A DNA stretch of 64,000 bases from the human T2T-CHM13v2.0 reference genome, Homo sapiens. Both the position numbers and the translations under genes were made by a program. Location: the NCBI RefSeq assembly GCF_009914755.1, contig NC_060937.1. The stretch is one strand, 5' to 3'. The notes under the pieces are model-generated. The model worked only from the letters and a program-made list of their open reading frames with translations. It was not told the DNA's origin and did no database searches. Each line of letters begins with the position of its first letter. Within the stretch, counting starts at the first letter, position 1. Of this stretch, positions 1 through 15,620 are shown one piece after another.

Positions 1-2189
1 GGCCAGCAAGCCCCTCAGCCCCAAGCAGGAGTAGGCAAAATGCATGGTAGTGGCCCAGGAGCCTGGGGTGTCAGTGGTGCGGTAGTGTCTTTGTAGTGGT
101 GGCACAGGGCTGAAGTGGTAAGAGGCTGGGAACAAGATGAAGCAGACAAGGTGAAAGGGGATGAAACAGGAGGAAAAGAGAGAGAAGGAGAGGGCAGTCT
201 GCTGCAGTCCCAGTGCCCTGGGGATCAGTAACTTTGCATCCTGGCCCTAGCCCCGCTTATTACTGCCTGTGTGACGTTGGGCCAGTCATCTGTGCTCTGG
301 GCCAGCTCCCTTAGCTATAGAATGAGGTGCGGAGAGAAGCTGTGATCTCTACAGCCCCCTCTTCCTCAAGTGGCATGAACACTCTCTTTTTCTGGAAGGT
401 CCCTTACCAACTGCTGGCAACCACTGCGAAGAGCAGTGGGCAGGTGGGTGCAGATGGCAGTGGTGCTGATGAGGGGTTGGGGGTGCTGGCACCTCAGGAT
501 AACTCAAAAGCGGTGCAGGCTGAAGCCCTTCCTCCCTCCTTCCTTCTACCTCCTGCCTGCTGAGCCCCCCAGGACCCAGCAGCTAATGTAATCGTCTCCT
601 GGAATGCCCCATAATGGCCCTGCAGCAGTTTCTGCAGGCTCCGCCTCTCTGCAGGCAGCAGTCTGCGAGTTCAGAGGAAAATGAGCTCCCTGCTCTCGGG
701 AAGGTGAAGTCAGCCTAGGACAGCGGCAGGACTGCAGCTCCCTCTGGACAAGGGGCCTGTGCAGCAGACCTCACCAGGTACCTTTCCCCACAGAACCTAC
801 ACAGAAGCACAAGGTCCTTTGCTCCTTCTTTGATAAGGTGTCCTCTCTCGTGGTTGATTTCAAACTGTGTTGAGCTAAGAACCCTTTCTTTAAATGAAAG
901 GTGTTATGGAAGCCTAAACAACACATTATTCAATAACGATTTCTTGAAATAAGTGTGTGTCAAATGCAGTGTCGAGAACTGGGTACCTGGTGGTAACCCA
1001 AACAGACTTTATCTCTGCCTTCATAGAGCTTGCTTTAGTGGGCAAATACAGCCATAAATGAGTAAATATTTACTAACTCTTCATTATGGTCAGTGTCGTG
1101 AAGGAAAAAAATGTGGGATGGCCTTTCGGTTGCATTATTAGGAACGATTTCCAGGTCAGGAAGTGATGCTTCTGCACCCAGCAGTACCTGTCAGTGTGAA
1201 ATCTGGGGTGGAGACCAGGTCAGAGCTTTGGATGGCTGATGACACCCAGGAGGAAGAGGCAGCCTCTACACGCAGGTGGGACAGTGAGCCCCTGCCTTGT
1301 GGTCTGTGCTGAGCTTCCCCACAATGCAAGCCAAGGCATCAGCTCCCACCCACACCCCAAGGGACCTGCAGGAAACCAGGCTGCATTTCAACAACAAGCA
1401 GAAAGCACAGAGCTTTACACACAATCTAAATACATCAACCATTTGAAGATGCTAAACTCCATACAAGAGCATCACCAGACTCCACAAAAGAAAAAACTTA
1501 TAACTGAGGAAACCGAGCTAATAGTCAAATCAGAACAGAAACTTATAATCTGTATACTTCGTATTTTGGAGAGATGTGGGTGGGTATCTATATGTCAAAT
1601 GAGAGGAGATCATTACAATCAAGAGCTGGCAATTATGAAAAGAAACAGTGAAATTCCTGGGAGTGAAAAATATCAGTATTCAAAAATCTTTCTGGCTATA
1701 GTGAGGAGAATGAATTGCAAGGAGGTAAGACACACTTTAGCCAGGTAAGAGATGGTCGTGGCTTTGGCTAGGGTGGAGGCAGAGGAAAGGGAGAAGAGTA
1801 GATGGATTCAGAATACAGTTTGAAGAGTCAGCAGGACTTGCTAACCTCTTCAGCATTTGAGTGTGAGGATGAGGGAGAAGGAGCCCTCAGGGACGATGTC
1901 TGGAATGAACACAGAGCTGCCCCGGTTAAAGATGCTCAGGGATTATAATGCAGGGCCCCTGCAGAGACTGCGAAGGCCTCTTTACCCCTTTCCCTGCATC
2001 AAAATGAGGTAGCCCTGCCATCATACAATCCTCAAACTGCACCCTTCTTTCTCCTTATCCTATCCTTACCAGACACCCAGAGGGTTTGAAAGCAAGAGCC
2101 AAGCTGCATCCAGCACTGAAGGACCACTCTACTTATTCCTCCCTGATGTCTTCAGGGAGAGTCTGGCTGGTGAGGGAGGGAAATGTGAC

Positions 2190-2570
2190 TGTTACAAGTT
2201 GGGTTCCCTTGAAAGCAGACTCTAAGATGGAGTTTTTTGTGTAGAATGCCTATTAAGGGGTCAACACCTGTGTAAAGAGGAGGAAGCAGTATGCAGAAAC
2301 AGAAATTGAGCCAAGGTCAAAGAGAGCCTTGGTCAGTCCCACAGGTGCAGGGCTTGGAAGCTCAAATGGCCCTTCAGAGTTGTTTTAAGTTGGTCTGAGA
2401 TGGCCAGATCTTTATGTGTCCACATCAATCAGTTGTTAGATTTGGGTGCCATGGGCAGGGGTGTGACATCAGTAAGGCTGCTCTCTGCAGCCCAGGCAAC
2501 CTCTGTGTGCCAGCAGCACTCTGCACCACTGGGACTGCAAGTCCTTATTGAGGGGATCTACGTGGCACTT
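2190..2570. mobile_element. Old ERVL-type LTR fragment (LTR16/LTR33-like)
   Basis: gggttcccttgaaagcagactctaagatggag start resembles this family; a similar segment starts near 3242. Confidence 0.45.
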
Positions 2571-3945
2571 TACAGTGTTCACCATAGTGCCCAAGGCCAA
2601 GGTAGCCTCTCACGTGGCTTGAGGTACAGCCTTGTACATACCACGTTGTACCTTGTATGTACCTGGTCTGAGGTCATTCCTAAACATTACTGGGGAAAAC
2701 CAGAAGTTCAGAAGCAAGGAGAGACCTAATTAAAACCAAGGAGACTATATATTAAGGTAGAAGAGTAAGGAATGGCTTTATATTAATACATAGTCAGCAT
2801 AAAGCTGAAAACACTCACCCGTGGCAGACGGCATCATCTAGGAAGAATGTCTGGAAACTGATATTCTGCAGTTCAGATTTTACCAGTTCACAACGTAAAT
2901 ATCCTGTTGAGAAAAGCAAGTCTCACTCAATTGATAAATATAACTCTCTCTGCTGCTTTCATTTCAGTTTCGAAATGACCAGGCTGGCAGTTGGCTGAGC
3001 CAGTCTCTTAGAACCCTTTGAAGCACTGGATGCAGGCTGATGAGCTGCCATAAACGTCTTTGAGTCCCAACACTGCTCAGGAACTGCATATCATACCAAA
3101 GTCTGCCTGTGTGATCCTTTAATTTGTGAATGTAAAAACTGAGGTGGGAGGCAAATACTGATGTTCTCAAAGACCCGTCTCAGCTATTCCATTCAAACAG
3201 AGCCCAGAATCTTCAAAATTCTGCTTCTTCAGCTTACCTCCTGTCTCAGGCTGGTTCCCCAGAAGCATCCCAGAGATGCAGATTTGTGAGAAAGTGATGT
3301 GTTGGGCAGTGTCCCCAGCAGGGAAGTGAGGATGCAAGACAGTGAGAAGGAAGCCAAGCAAGAGTGCAATGTCAAGCAAGGTCCCGTGCTTGCAGGGCAC
3401 TGGCTCCTCCCACAGAGGAGATTTGGAGACTGAGAGCCCCTCCCTCCATTGGTCAAGGGCCATCTCAGAGGGATGCATGTTTCTAGGTATCCCCCACTCT
3501 CTCTGCACACAGGTAAAGGAGACTCCAGAAGCATGAGGGCAGCCCTCTCACAAAGAAGCATGGGTTCTGGATACCGAGAGTAAAAGCAAACGTGGAGCCA
3601 AGGGGTGTGAAAATGGGAAAGGGACCCAAGGAAATAGAGTAGTGCATCCACCATGAGTAAGTGCCACAGTCACTGGGTCAGCACCTGCTGTGTCCAACAC
3701 CATGCTAAGTATCGTGGAGAGGAGAGAAGTTACTAGACTTCCCTGCTGTCATCCTTAATGGACTATTGTCTCTTCCCTAGACACCTCAAACTGGGATTTA
3801 AGGTACATAAGCTCTCAGAAATGGCTTCCTGGAATTATGGCCATGAACATCAGTGAACTGTTAGGGTCCGTAGTTACATCTGGAAAATGACTGCCGTTTC
3901 AATACACAGGATTAGTTACAATAACAGCAACAGCCATAATAATAA

Positions 3946-5410
3946 TGTGGCAGAGACTAGCTTGATGCTCATCACATCTCTACCTGGGCACATAGCAAAG
4001 TTTTCTATTCCAGCTCCCACCCTGGATCTCGGGTCCTAGTTCTCAACAACGAAATGCTTCCAAGCCAAGTTAAAGCAGCCACAACTTTCAAACGAAAACC
4101 TAAAGATCCTGTGTTGAAGACAGTGGCACCTTAAAATGCAAGGGCAGTATCCTTGAGTCCTCAGGTCACCAGAAAGCCACCCGATCAGGACCATCGACAC
4201 TAGACTCTGTGTTAGTGAGAAACAAACTTGTGTTAAGCCATCATGATTTTAAAGTTGTTAGCAGTCAGCTTGCTCCAATAGGATGAACACTAATAAACAT
4301 AGCGGTAACAACCTGCTGGGTAGTATCATTATTCTCACTTTGTTGGTGAGGAACTTGAGGCCCAAAATGGTCAGAAAGTTAGCAGATGGCAGAGCTGGTA
4401 TTTCAAGTCTATTTTTTAATCCCTATCTTGCACTCCTTGGTCACGTAAACCTTGTGTGAATATGTTTGATGCTTTAATGGAGCAAAGAGGAGAATATTAA
4501 AATACCAGGTTTCTTGGGTGGGATGTGGAGTGAGGAGGAAGAACACAAAACGGAAAGGCTCCACGCATCAGAAGCCAAGCTTTGGGCACTCCACAGTTTT
4601 GCTAAAGACTTCCCTGTCTGCTCACATCTGGTCTGTTCCCCAGTATCCTCACTGTATTAAAGTTGTTTCTTTGTCATATTTTGCTCTTTTTTCTGGTGTG
4701 ATTCTATCAATTACTTGCTACCAAGGAGAAGAAATGAGATGATCAAAGGGGCATCCCCCAAATCCCCAAGGCTGTGCCCCTCAAGTTCAAGAAGAGAAAG
4801 CAGAGAACTCTTGTTTAACATGGACGTGTTAGTCGCTGTCCCCTCTGCCATCCCCCAACTTCGTTGTTCATAGAACTCTGATTTTGTTCATCTTATTCCA
4901 AGTTACCAAGTCCTTTAGGGAAGGCTAGGCTGCCCTCTTACCCAGGACTGAGAGTTCATGGTTGAAGCTAGAGAGGACGGAGTGATTTCCCCTGCTAAAC
5001 AATTGGTTCAGGCATGTGACGCAATTGGGCCAATGGAGCTAAAAAAGGAAATCTGCTGATGGGGCTTCTGGGAAGGTTTCTCTTGGAAAAAAAAAGAAAA
5101 AGCCACAAGATAAAAATGTTTGCTTTTCTGCCTCTGGACTTGGGCTCTGTGTGTTGTTCCTGGAACCAAAGCACCTTGGGTCCATTAAGACAGCAGCCTA
5201 TGAGGATAAACCAGAACACTGGGGATGGCAGGGTAGAAACATCGAAATAACCTGGATCTTTAAGACACTGGTGAGCTGGTGAATTAATCAACCCTGGAAC
5301 TGCCATCCCCCCGGACTTCTTCTTATGTGAGATAACAAACCATCTAATTGTTCCAATTTTGATGAATTAGGGTTTCTATTACTTGCAGCCAAATGCATTC
5401 CAAATGACTC
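3946..5410. mobile_element. MLT1-type (MaLR) LTR fragments (~3946-4270 and ~4850-5410) with MIR between them
   Basis: gtgagaaacaaacttgtgttaagcca and tctattacttgcagccaaatgcattcc are MLT1 3' end motifs. Confidence 0.55.
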
Positions 5411-7189
5411 AACTGATATTTTGTTCCATGTTCTTTGAGAAGAGCAGAGAAAGAGTTTCTGACTACCACAACCCCTTTCTTAGTGGCTCAGTCAGCTTTC
5501 TAAGTAGATTCTTAGTTTATACTCTTTCCCACTTCTCTTACTCATGATTCCACTAATCTTAAACCCCACATGTTAGAGAGAGGCTCTGCTGAATTCCAGC
5601 GTAACAAATTCTCGCTTTTACCCTCCTCCCCTCATTGGCCACCTGCCTGTTCTTATGGTTGTAAGCAGGAGAAAGATGTTGAAAACCATGAGTCCTGACA
5701 GTGCTTAGTCAAGTGATGGCAAATGTTTTCTTGGGTTTCCATATGTGAGTAATTGAAAAAAAAAAAGGGGGAAAAAGGCTCATTTTTACTAACATTAATT
5801 AATTCACACAAGGTCACATTTTACATCATTTTAATTAACTTTCATTGAATTCATGTTCAAAATGAGAGGCAAAAAAATGTTCACTAATATAAGTCATGAG
5901 GACCCTAGGAATAATAGCATCGCATAGAAAATTGGAAGGAAAATTTTTTCCTTCTCATCGGATGCATGGTGGGGTTTGTGAATTCCTAACTTTTCTCCCA
6001 CATATCCCCCTCACGGATGATAGGAAGAAATAGACTTGAAGGCATTAACTCTTTCTGGAAGCCTTTCCCAATACTTCTCACCCCTGCCTGTCTTCCTCCT
6101 CAGCCACTGGTTAGGTCCCCCATCCCTGTTAACACCCTGAAAACTTCCATCTCACAGCCACTACATTATCTTAAAATTAACTATTTACTTCTTCATTTCT
6201 CCCACAATACTGTGAGCTCCCTGAGGGGAAGAACTTGTGCTATTTATCTGTCTTCTAGCATGATACCTGGCATATATTAGGTGCTTAAGTTTATTGAATG
6301 AATGAAAGCCAAGAATACTTTTCCTTGGTTTCATTTTAATTTCACTAAGGATAATTATGTTTATATTGCTATATTACATCGTGTAAAATGGAAATTAAAG
6401 GGAAATTCCTTTAATAGTAGCACCAAAGGGCTGCATATGGCAGGGTAGGTGACAGACCACAGCTGGTGGCTGGGCCACTCTCTGAAACGTGGACTTAGGA
6501 TTTGAGGGCTAGTCCTTGTGCCTCACACCTAGGATAACAGAGAAGTCCTAAAGTATGCCTGGTAGCACATCTGCACTCTTCTGGGTGGCTTCCAGAGATA
6601 CTTTTGTTCCATGTTTTGGCTTTTACGACGGTCCCCAAATTAAGCAAAGGCATTTTTCTTAGCTGAGCTAACAATGATTCTCTAGATACTTGCTTATCTA
6701 ACTTGTAAATCCCCTGCCACTCATTTGTTATTTGTCAGCAATCCCCTATCAGATGAAATTTCATCCCACTCGTGCTGTTGAGCACATTGATGTGCCCAGT
6801 TGGGAATCAAGCCCAGTCGCGGAACTGTAGGTGCTTTTTTGGTTGGCCCATTTATCTCTTTCCTCGTTGTCCACCAGCCACTTAATTCACTGTCCTTGTT
6901 CCAGCACACCATATGGAATGACCTTGCCCATCCCCATTTGCCACACCACCATGAAATAAACTGGAGGAAAAAGCAGTAATCTTCTCATCTTTCGAGAGGA
7001 AGCTTTCTATCTGGGAACATTTGAGGCTGATTTTCCCCATGCTTAGATTTACCTCGCTGTTGAAATTCTTAAGTATGTATACAGTGACCTGCTTCTAAGA
7101 AAATCCAGTATTCAGATTTCTAAACGTAGACCCAAACATTATTCATATCACAAAAAGTTCTCCAATTTCAAAGGAATTGTCTTCCTAGA

Positions 7190-8290
<1,101 letters not shown>

Positions 8291-9716
8291 TTTTTTTTTA
8301 AAATACGTAATTCAATTTACAAAATGCCCATGCCATGTGGAACTTTCTAGAAACATATTTGCTGTCCAGAGTGAAATGCAGCACCTATGTTCAAATGGAT
8401 TGAGTATTGTCCCTCCCACTATTTTCACTAGTTTATTAATTCTGGAAGGACAGGGAGTTGAGTTAAGCATTAGGGAACAATTCGTATACGCATGACATCG
8501 GATCCTGCATTTTGGAGTGTTATTTCTAATTGCTCCATGTCCACACACTCAAATTGAGAACCAGAGGACAGGGAACATTTTACATTTTCCTGCATCTCCA
8601 AGCCACCCCTTTCTCAATGCCCAACTGACCAAAGGATTCTTCAAAGGAACACAGCGCTTGGCTGGAGAGAAGGATTCCTTAGTCCTCTAACACAGTCATG
8701 GAAAAATCTCTAAGGCAGGTTCCCTGTCCCTTATAAAGAGAGCATTTATTACATCCTGGGAGCTCATGGGAAGCATCTCAGTTCACCCCCACACACTCTG
8801 TAACCTAGGCCCATTTTACTGAGGAGAAAACTGTGAGGCATTCCCCAAAGGGCCACATCCCTGGGAAGTGATGAGTCGGCACCAGGAGCCGGCCAGCCTC
8901 CACTGGCACACATACTGCCCAGCATTTCCTGGAGAAGGCCTCCCCTGCGATTTTAATGTTCATAAGTGGCTGCCTTTCTTCTGCAAGTAACCACCTGGGC
9001 TGCTGCTGTCCTTGGCCAGCAGTGTGTAGCTCTGATGCCCCCTCCTCCATCCTAGAGCCTGAGACAATCTATCAGGACTCACTTGGTGGTGCTGCTGGCT
9101 CTCCCTAGATCCCGGTGGAGCTCAAGACAGCCTCACGGGGCTCTGAATCTGCCTGCTCTTTCTCTGCCAGGAAAGAAGGGAAGCCCCTGGAGCTTTGCTG
9201 GCTTTTCTGTGCCAGGTGGAGCCCAGAAGACACCCTGATCAGCATCTGTGAGGATCTACTCAGGGCATGCAGCCCTTGCAGACACTCTCGGGGCTGCCCT
9301 GGTTAAAGACGATGGCTGGCCTCCTGAATTTCCCCCAGGCAGCTTGGTTGCAGGCTCCGCATCACAGCCCAGCTGGTCACAGCTCTCCATCTATTGATCA
9401 CACCTGCTTAGCACTGCAGACATAATGCTGCTCAGTCATATTCTGAAGGCACAGTGCTACCTGGGGATGTGATTACAGCTCAGCTTGGTGAAATGAGCGG
9501 CTGGCCCCAAGCTCAGCCCAGCAGCCTTGTTTCTTCCAGGCCTGCTCAGCCCCACACCCAGGGGTAGCAAGCTTGTCCTGTGCCCAGTGCTCTGCTGTTG
9601 TCATGGAAATCAGTAAGGACAGCCTCACAGGTGGTGTCTAAATTGGCATGTCATAGGTGAGGGTGGGAAGAACATAAGTCACTGTGCCCAGGGTCACCTG
9701 TCCCCAGACCCCAATG

Positions 9717-10035
9717 CCTCACCTGCCCTCACCCAGTCTCATTTGCCCTCACCTGCCCTCAGCTAGTCTCACCTAGCCTCATCTGCCCTCACCCAGTCTC
9801 ATCTGCTCTCACCTGCCCCACCTGCCCTCACCCAGTCTCACCTAGCCTCATATGCCCTCAGCTGCCCTCACCTAGACTCATCTGCCCTCACCCAGTCTCA
9901 TTGCCCTCACCTGCCCCCACCTAGTCTCACCTAGCCTCATCTGTCTTCACCTGCCCTCACCTAGTCTTACCTGCCTCACTTGTCCAGGAAGCTCCCAATC
10001 CATATCCAGTCCCCCAGGTAGGACCCTGCATTATG
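9717..10035. repeat. Degenerate 10-mer minisatellite (acctgccctc / acccagtctc) with unique tail, copy 1
   Basis: Seen directly; ends with ...gctcccaatccatatccagtcccccaggtaggaccctgcattatg. Confidence 0.92.
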
Positions 10036-11214
10036 TTTAAGCCAACCTCCAGTGACAAATTTCTGCACTATCTGCTTCCCTAGGCCTGGGGAAGAGAAAC
10101 TGCTGCATGATCTCAGCAAGAGTCGCAGAGTTTCAGTTTGGCTAGAACATTCCAGGTCATCTGGTTGGTGTACATTTATCAATGAGGAAACAAGCCCAGA
10201 GAAGTTAAGTGACTTGTCCAAGGTCACACAGCTGTGTAAGTAGAAGTATGAAGGGAATCCAGGCTTCCTAATGCAACAGCCCCACACACATGACATTTCA
10301 GGTTTCTTTGAAATCAAGGAACTCCTCTAAGCCCTGGATGGATGACTACAGGTTGTGGTTTCAAGAGTGTCTGCTGATCTGTTTCCACAGGGAAGGCTGG
10401 AGAGATCTGTGAAAGGATGAGAATTCTAAAGGATAGAACACCCTAGTTGCTGGCAGAAGGTCACTTGCAGAAAAGTAGAGCAGAAACTCAGCTTCTGTTT
10501 GGGCAGCAGTAGCGGGGAGGCGAGGGGACACTTTTCTAGTAGTGTCCTGAAGAGCTGCGCTGGTTGGTGGCTGACTACCACCAGGTGTCAGGACTCCCAA
10601 AGTCCTTCCAGGGGAGGGGCAGAAATTGCTGGCTTCTCCTGGCATCTCTGACAGCAGCAGTGGTGTTCAGCTCATCTCTCTGCTTTGCTACAGTGTATCA
10701 TTGGAACCTGAGAAAATCTGTCGTCTCTCCTGGATGCTTGGCATGTGGAACAACTGAGGCAGTGACAGCAGGCGTCACATCTGTAAGGAGCCACAGTGCA
10801 GCCTCTGTGGACACTTGCAGTATTCAGAGTGGTCAGAGCAGGGTCACATACTGGCTCATGTCCTTCTGGAGCCGGCAGCCCATGTAGTTCCCTCCTGTCT
10901 TCCCATCAGCCCCAAGCAGGGCCCATGTACCTGCTCCCCTCAGTGGTCATCTTCACTCTATTTTCTAGTCCCTTCACTGTGAAGATTCTCTTCAGGACAG
11001 AGCACAGGTTTCTCTTCAGCCAGTGTCACATGACACCTTTGTGTCTGTGGAGGCAGGTCGGGTGGGGGGAGGGTCGTCATATGAGGCTGGAGCAGGAAAC
11101 AAAGGGACTCCGGGAAGGCATGTGGTTGGATGTCCTCAGGCTCAGCAAGTCTGCATTTGCTCTTCAGGGTTGTCCTTGCCTTTCTGCACCTCCCAGTAAA
11201 GCCCAGGCCCTTAC

Positions 11215-11745
11215 CTGGCTTCACCTGCCCTCACCTGCCCTCATCTGCCCTCACCTGCCTCACCTGCCTCACCTGCCCTCATTCAGTCTCACCTGACCTC
11301 ACCTGCCCTCACCCAGTCTCATTTGTCCTCACCTGCCCTCATTCAGTCTCACCTGACCTCACCTGCCCTCACCCAGTCTCATTTGTCCTCACCTGCCTTC
11401 AGCTAGTCTCACCTAGCCTCATCTGCCCTCACCCAGTCTCATTTGCCCTCACCTGACCTCAGCTAGTCTCACCTAGCCTCATCTGCCCTCACCTGCCCTC
11501 ACCCAGTCTCATCTGCTCTCACCTGCCCCACCTGCCCTCACCCAGACTCACCTAGCTTCATATGCCCTCAGCTGCCCTCACCTAGACTCATCTGCCCTCA
11601 CCCGGTCTCACTGCTCTCACCTGCCCCCACCTAGTCTCACCTAGCCTCATCTGTCTTCACCAGCCCTCACCTAGTCTTACCTGCCTCACTTGTCCGGGAA
11701 GCTCCCAATCAATATCCAGTCCCCCAGGTAGGACCCTGCATTATG
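11215..11745. repeat. Degenerate 10-mer minisatellite with unique tail, copy 2 (longer)
   Basis: Same unit order and same ~57-bp tail as copy 1, offset 1710 bp; 60-bp higher-order repeat at 11271-11390. Confidence 0.92.
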
Positions 11746-13454
11746 CTCCCATTTTCCCTCCTCACCCTCCCCGCCCCATCCTCATTCTTCAGGTATGTGC
11801 CCACTCTCGCAGACTTGTGAAGGAACTGGCTGAGTACGTGGACCAGTACTCAATACCATGTACAGGTGAGAGCAGTGGCCAGTGACTTTGACAGCGTGCC
11901 CATTCCCAGCACCTTCCAAAAGTATCCATCCATCAGTGTTCCAACTCCTGGCCAGGCTCCTTGCCCCTGTGGACCCATTTCCATATGAGAGCTCTAGATC
12001 TTTTTCGACAAGAAAATCCGTGGCCCCACCCCACCCCAAAGACAGTGCTATGACTTTTAGAAGAAAATATTCTATTTGTGAGACAGAGTCGAGGCTCTGA
12101 AGCCAGAACAGATCTGACCCCTGGCTTTGCCTGCCCCTCACTGCCTGTCCTCTAACCCTTGGTTTTCTCATCTGTGTTGTGGGGATGAACATGAGGTCAA
12201 CCTCACGGTTTGTGTGAAGGACTGAGTGAAATCACACCTACGAAGCAGTGGCCCTGAGCTACCCCAATAAACGGAACCAAATGTTTGCCTTGTCAAACCT
12301 GCGGGCAGGTAGGGCATGTTCTATCATCAAAGGGATAAGATGTGCAAATGGAAGCCCAAGGAGTGGCCTGTCTGGAGGCAGAGGGAGCTCCGGCCATACC
12401 AAGAAAGGAAGGAGGACGCCTCCAGTCCCACCTCCTCAGCGTCCCCGTTTCTATTCTGTCAGCCTCGGTTCTTTGGTAGGTTTGGAAGATGCAGAGAGGG
12501 AAGAGTTATCTTTATGGCTCACATAGACCTGGCTGCATGCACAAATCCCAAAATAAAATCATTCCTCAGAGTTTGCCCTGTCAGTTTCTAGGTGAAGAAG
12601 TTAGGCCCAGAGAGGTTAAGTGACATGCCTGGGGTCACACAGGTGCGTAACAGCCTGTTCCCTCTATGCCCACCTCTGTGCCCCGAGGTGCTGTCCCTTT
12701 TTTGATTCAGAGACGTTTGTTCTAGGTTGTTCTTGGTTCACTCTTTTGCAGAATCCTGGAATCAGGGGAGCTCTGGGACCTTGTAGTCCAAGGCCCCTCT
12801 GGGGGCAAGAAGCCCCTCTGGAGCCCCACCTGACCCAAGCTTCTCCTGCCTTCTCCTGAATCGATGGCTTTGCCTGGCCAAGCCTTGTCCCTATTTTCCA
12901 CAGCTCTGGCTATCCAGTGACTGTCCTTTTCCTCAAGCCTAAAAGGGTCTCTCCTTCAATTCCACCCAGTAGCACTGAGGCTTGGAAGAGGCTCCAGAGA
13001 GGGCTATGGTCAGAGCAGGTGGGACCAGGGTTTAGCTCATCCTGGATGCATGTAGCCCAGCAAGGGAATATCCAAACCTTGGGGACTGCGTGTCCAAGAA
13101 GTTCCTACTGCAGCATAGCAAAGCCAACCTTCCCAAGTGTCCCCAGTGGCCCAGAATCACAGCCAACCAACCCCCCTCCCCTGACAACTGTGTCAACTGT
13201 GCTGACTTCACCCCCAAACTCTAGTTCTGGAGTTTCCAAGGCAGGACAGAGTGTGCTAGCCTCCGGCTGGAGTCCATGTTTCAGGTATCCAACTGCATCT
13301 CTATTAAATCCAGCCTGGAGTACTCATCCTATGTCCCAGCCCTAGAGGGGAGGACGGCAGCAAATTCCGAGAGGATTTTCCTCACCAGAGCTTACAGGAG
13401 AACAGACATTCAAGGCTGCTCAAGAAGCAGGTGGCTGCTGTTGTTGTTTTTTGT

Positions 13455-13752
13455 TTTTTTGTTTTGTTTTGAGACAGAGCCTTGTTCTGTTGTCCAGGCT
13501 GGAGTGCAGTGGCGCCATCTCAGCTCACTGCAACCTCTGCCTCCTGGGTTCAAGCGATTCTCCTTCCTCAGCCTCCTGAGTAGCTGGGATCACAGGCGCC
13601 CGCCAACACCCCTGGCTAATTTTGGTATTTTAGTAGAGACGGGGTTTCACCGTGTTGGCCAGGCTGGTCTCGAACTCCTGACCTCAAGTGGTCTGTCTGT
13701 CTCGGCCTCCCAAAGTGCTGGGATTACAGGCATGAGCCACCGCACCTGGCCC
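13455..13752 (-). mobile_element. AluS
   Basis: Full reverse-oriented Alu. Confidence 0.92.
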
Positions 13753-15493
13753 GCCTGCTGTTGTTTGACAATGTTGGGTATTCTTAGGGATCCAACTCTA
13801 GTTTTTAGGAAACGAACACAAATATTCATTTTTCACAACAGCCAACAATTATTTCCTTTATAAGTTCACATTCACAACCATTTTCCCACTCTAAAATTGG
13901 CACAAATTTGAAAAGCATGATATATAAAACCGGTGAGGATATTGTGAGGTAAACACTCTCATTCACTGATGACGTGAATTTAAACGAGAACAAGCTTTTT
14001 AAACAGCAATGGCAAAATGCATTCAGAGTTTAAAGCATCTATTCCATTTGGCTCAATTCTATACATGCACGGAAACAAAGCAAAAAACAAGGAAAATGCA
14101 ACCCCCGCCCCCTCCCAAATCAAAGAACAAACAGGAGCTTTTTCAGGCCTCAAGTGAAGCAAGGCACGAGTCTCTCTGAGGAATCCCCGCCCATAAGACC
14201 TGGGAAGGTCACAGCCTTCACGCTGGCTCAAGGGGTTCTCCCCAGCAGGAACCCAGGCTGCTCCTCCCGGGACTGTGGCTGACAGGTAGGGAGCGCTCAT
14301 AAGTCATAGCGGATATTATCACTACAGGGGTCCCTAACATCTCAGTGAACCCCCACTGTCAGGGAAACTGAGAAACTGTGAATGCAGCCCCAAAGCCTGT
14401 GAGAGACCACGTGTGGGCTCAGAGCCTCCCCGTCACCTCAGAAGGCCAGGGAGCCCAGAGGCCAAGCAGGGACTTCGGCAGGACCCGTCCAGTGGACCCC
14501 AAGTCGCCCTGTCACTCAGCAACCATACCCCAGCCCCAGGTGGCAGAGGAGGGCAGCCCCTGGGCGGGACAGTCTCGCCAGGCCACCAAGGCTCCTCAGC
14601 GCTTAGGCCCCTCGCATGATCCCACAGTCAGTTCACCCTCAAGCTCTCCATGGTCCCAAGTCCTCTGTCCTCAGCCTTCTCTACTGGGCTCATTTCAGGT
14701 AATTTGTTTTTGTTTTGTTTTCCCTTCTCATTTTCTTGCTCCCTCTGAGAGACTAATGTTCTAACAAAGATGTGCTGCTGGAACGAGGCATTAATTTCAA
14801 TAGTCACCTAAAAGCAATTGCCTAGGAAATATCTCATTTTCCCATTAAACGCCGCAGAGGAGAAGCCTCGGGTGACTCCTCTCTCCCGCTCCCTGGCCCC
14901 CTCCTTCTCTGTTCTCCACCCCCTCCCCTCTTCCAAAAACTCGTTACAACCTGGACACTATTTCCACTCCCTGTTCTAAAATGCTGCCCTGGGCAGATAG
15001 ATGAGCCCACTTGGCCTCTGGCCAGCACATGCCCCACAGGTAATTTTGTGGAAATCAAGCTGGGACAGAAGGGGTATCTTTTTGGGAGCACAGGCAGGTG
15101 GCTCAGCTTGGTTCTCTGGGCTGGGGGCAGGGGCAGGCAGGAGGAGCAGGTGGGTCCCCCGAGGTCTCCTTTTGACGATGGGATGTAGCCTATGGGAGGG
15201 ATGTGTTTCCAGGTCCTCCCTGGCCTTGTGAGACATCCCCACAGAGGCCCCTGTCAGGGGAAGCTGTGATCAGGGGTCAGAGCCTGGCACACATGTCACT
15301 GTTGACTTGAAAAAGTTGATTGAGCAAGAGAAGGGGTCTCAGTCCTCCCCTAGGCTCCCCTGTGTCTCCGTGGGGTGCCCAGGCCCTGACCACCCCCAAC
15401 CGAGGCAGGCTCTTCTCTTGCACTCTGTTACCTTGACAAGCTGTCATCTGACCTCCCTCCAAAAAAAATTCATGATAACCTTCTCCCAGGGCT

Positions 15494-15620
15494 AATAATA
15501 ATTATTATTCTATTTTTAATAATCAATATGATAATGTAATTAATATATAATTATTACATATAATAATATAAGTAAATATTAATAACTAATAATATAATTA
15601 ATAATTATTATTATTAAAAA
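15494..15620. repeat. AT-rich low-complexity tract
   Basis: Nearly pure A/T (taa/tta). Confidence 0.85.

Noticed and set aside
1239-1748. 169-aa ORF
   Set aside because: Appears to run through decayed L1/L2 sequence; no homology recognised
13276-13863. 195-aa ORF and other Alu-containing ORFs (e.g. 44054, 52910, 58896)
   Set aside because: Antisense Alu translations ([18 protein letters not shown] type), not genes
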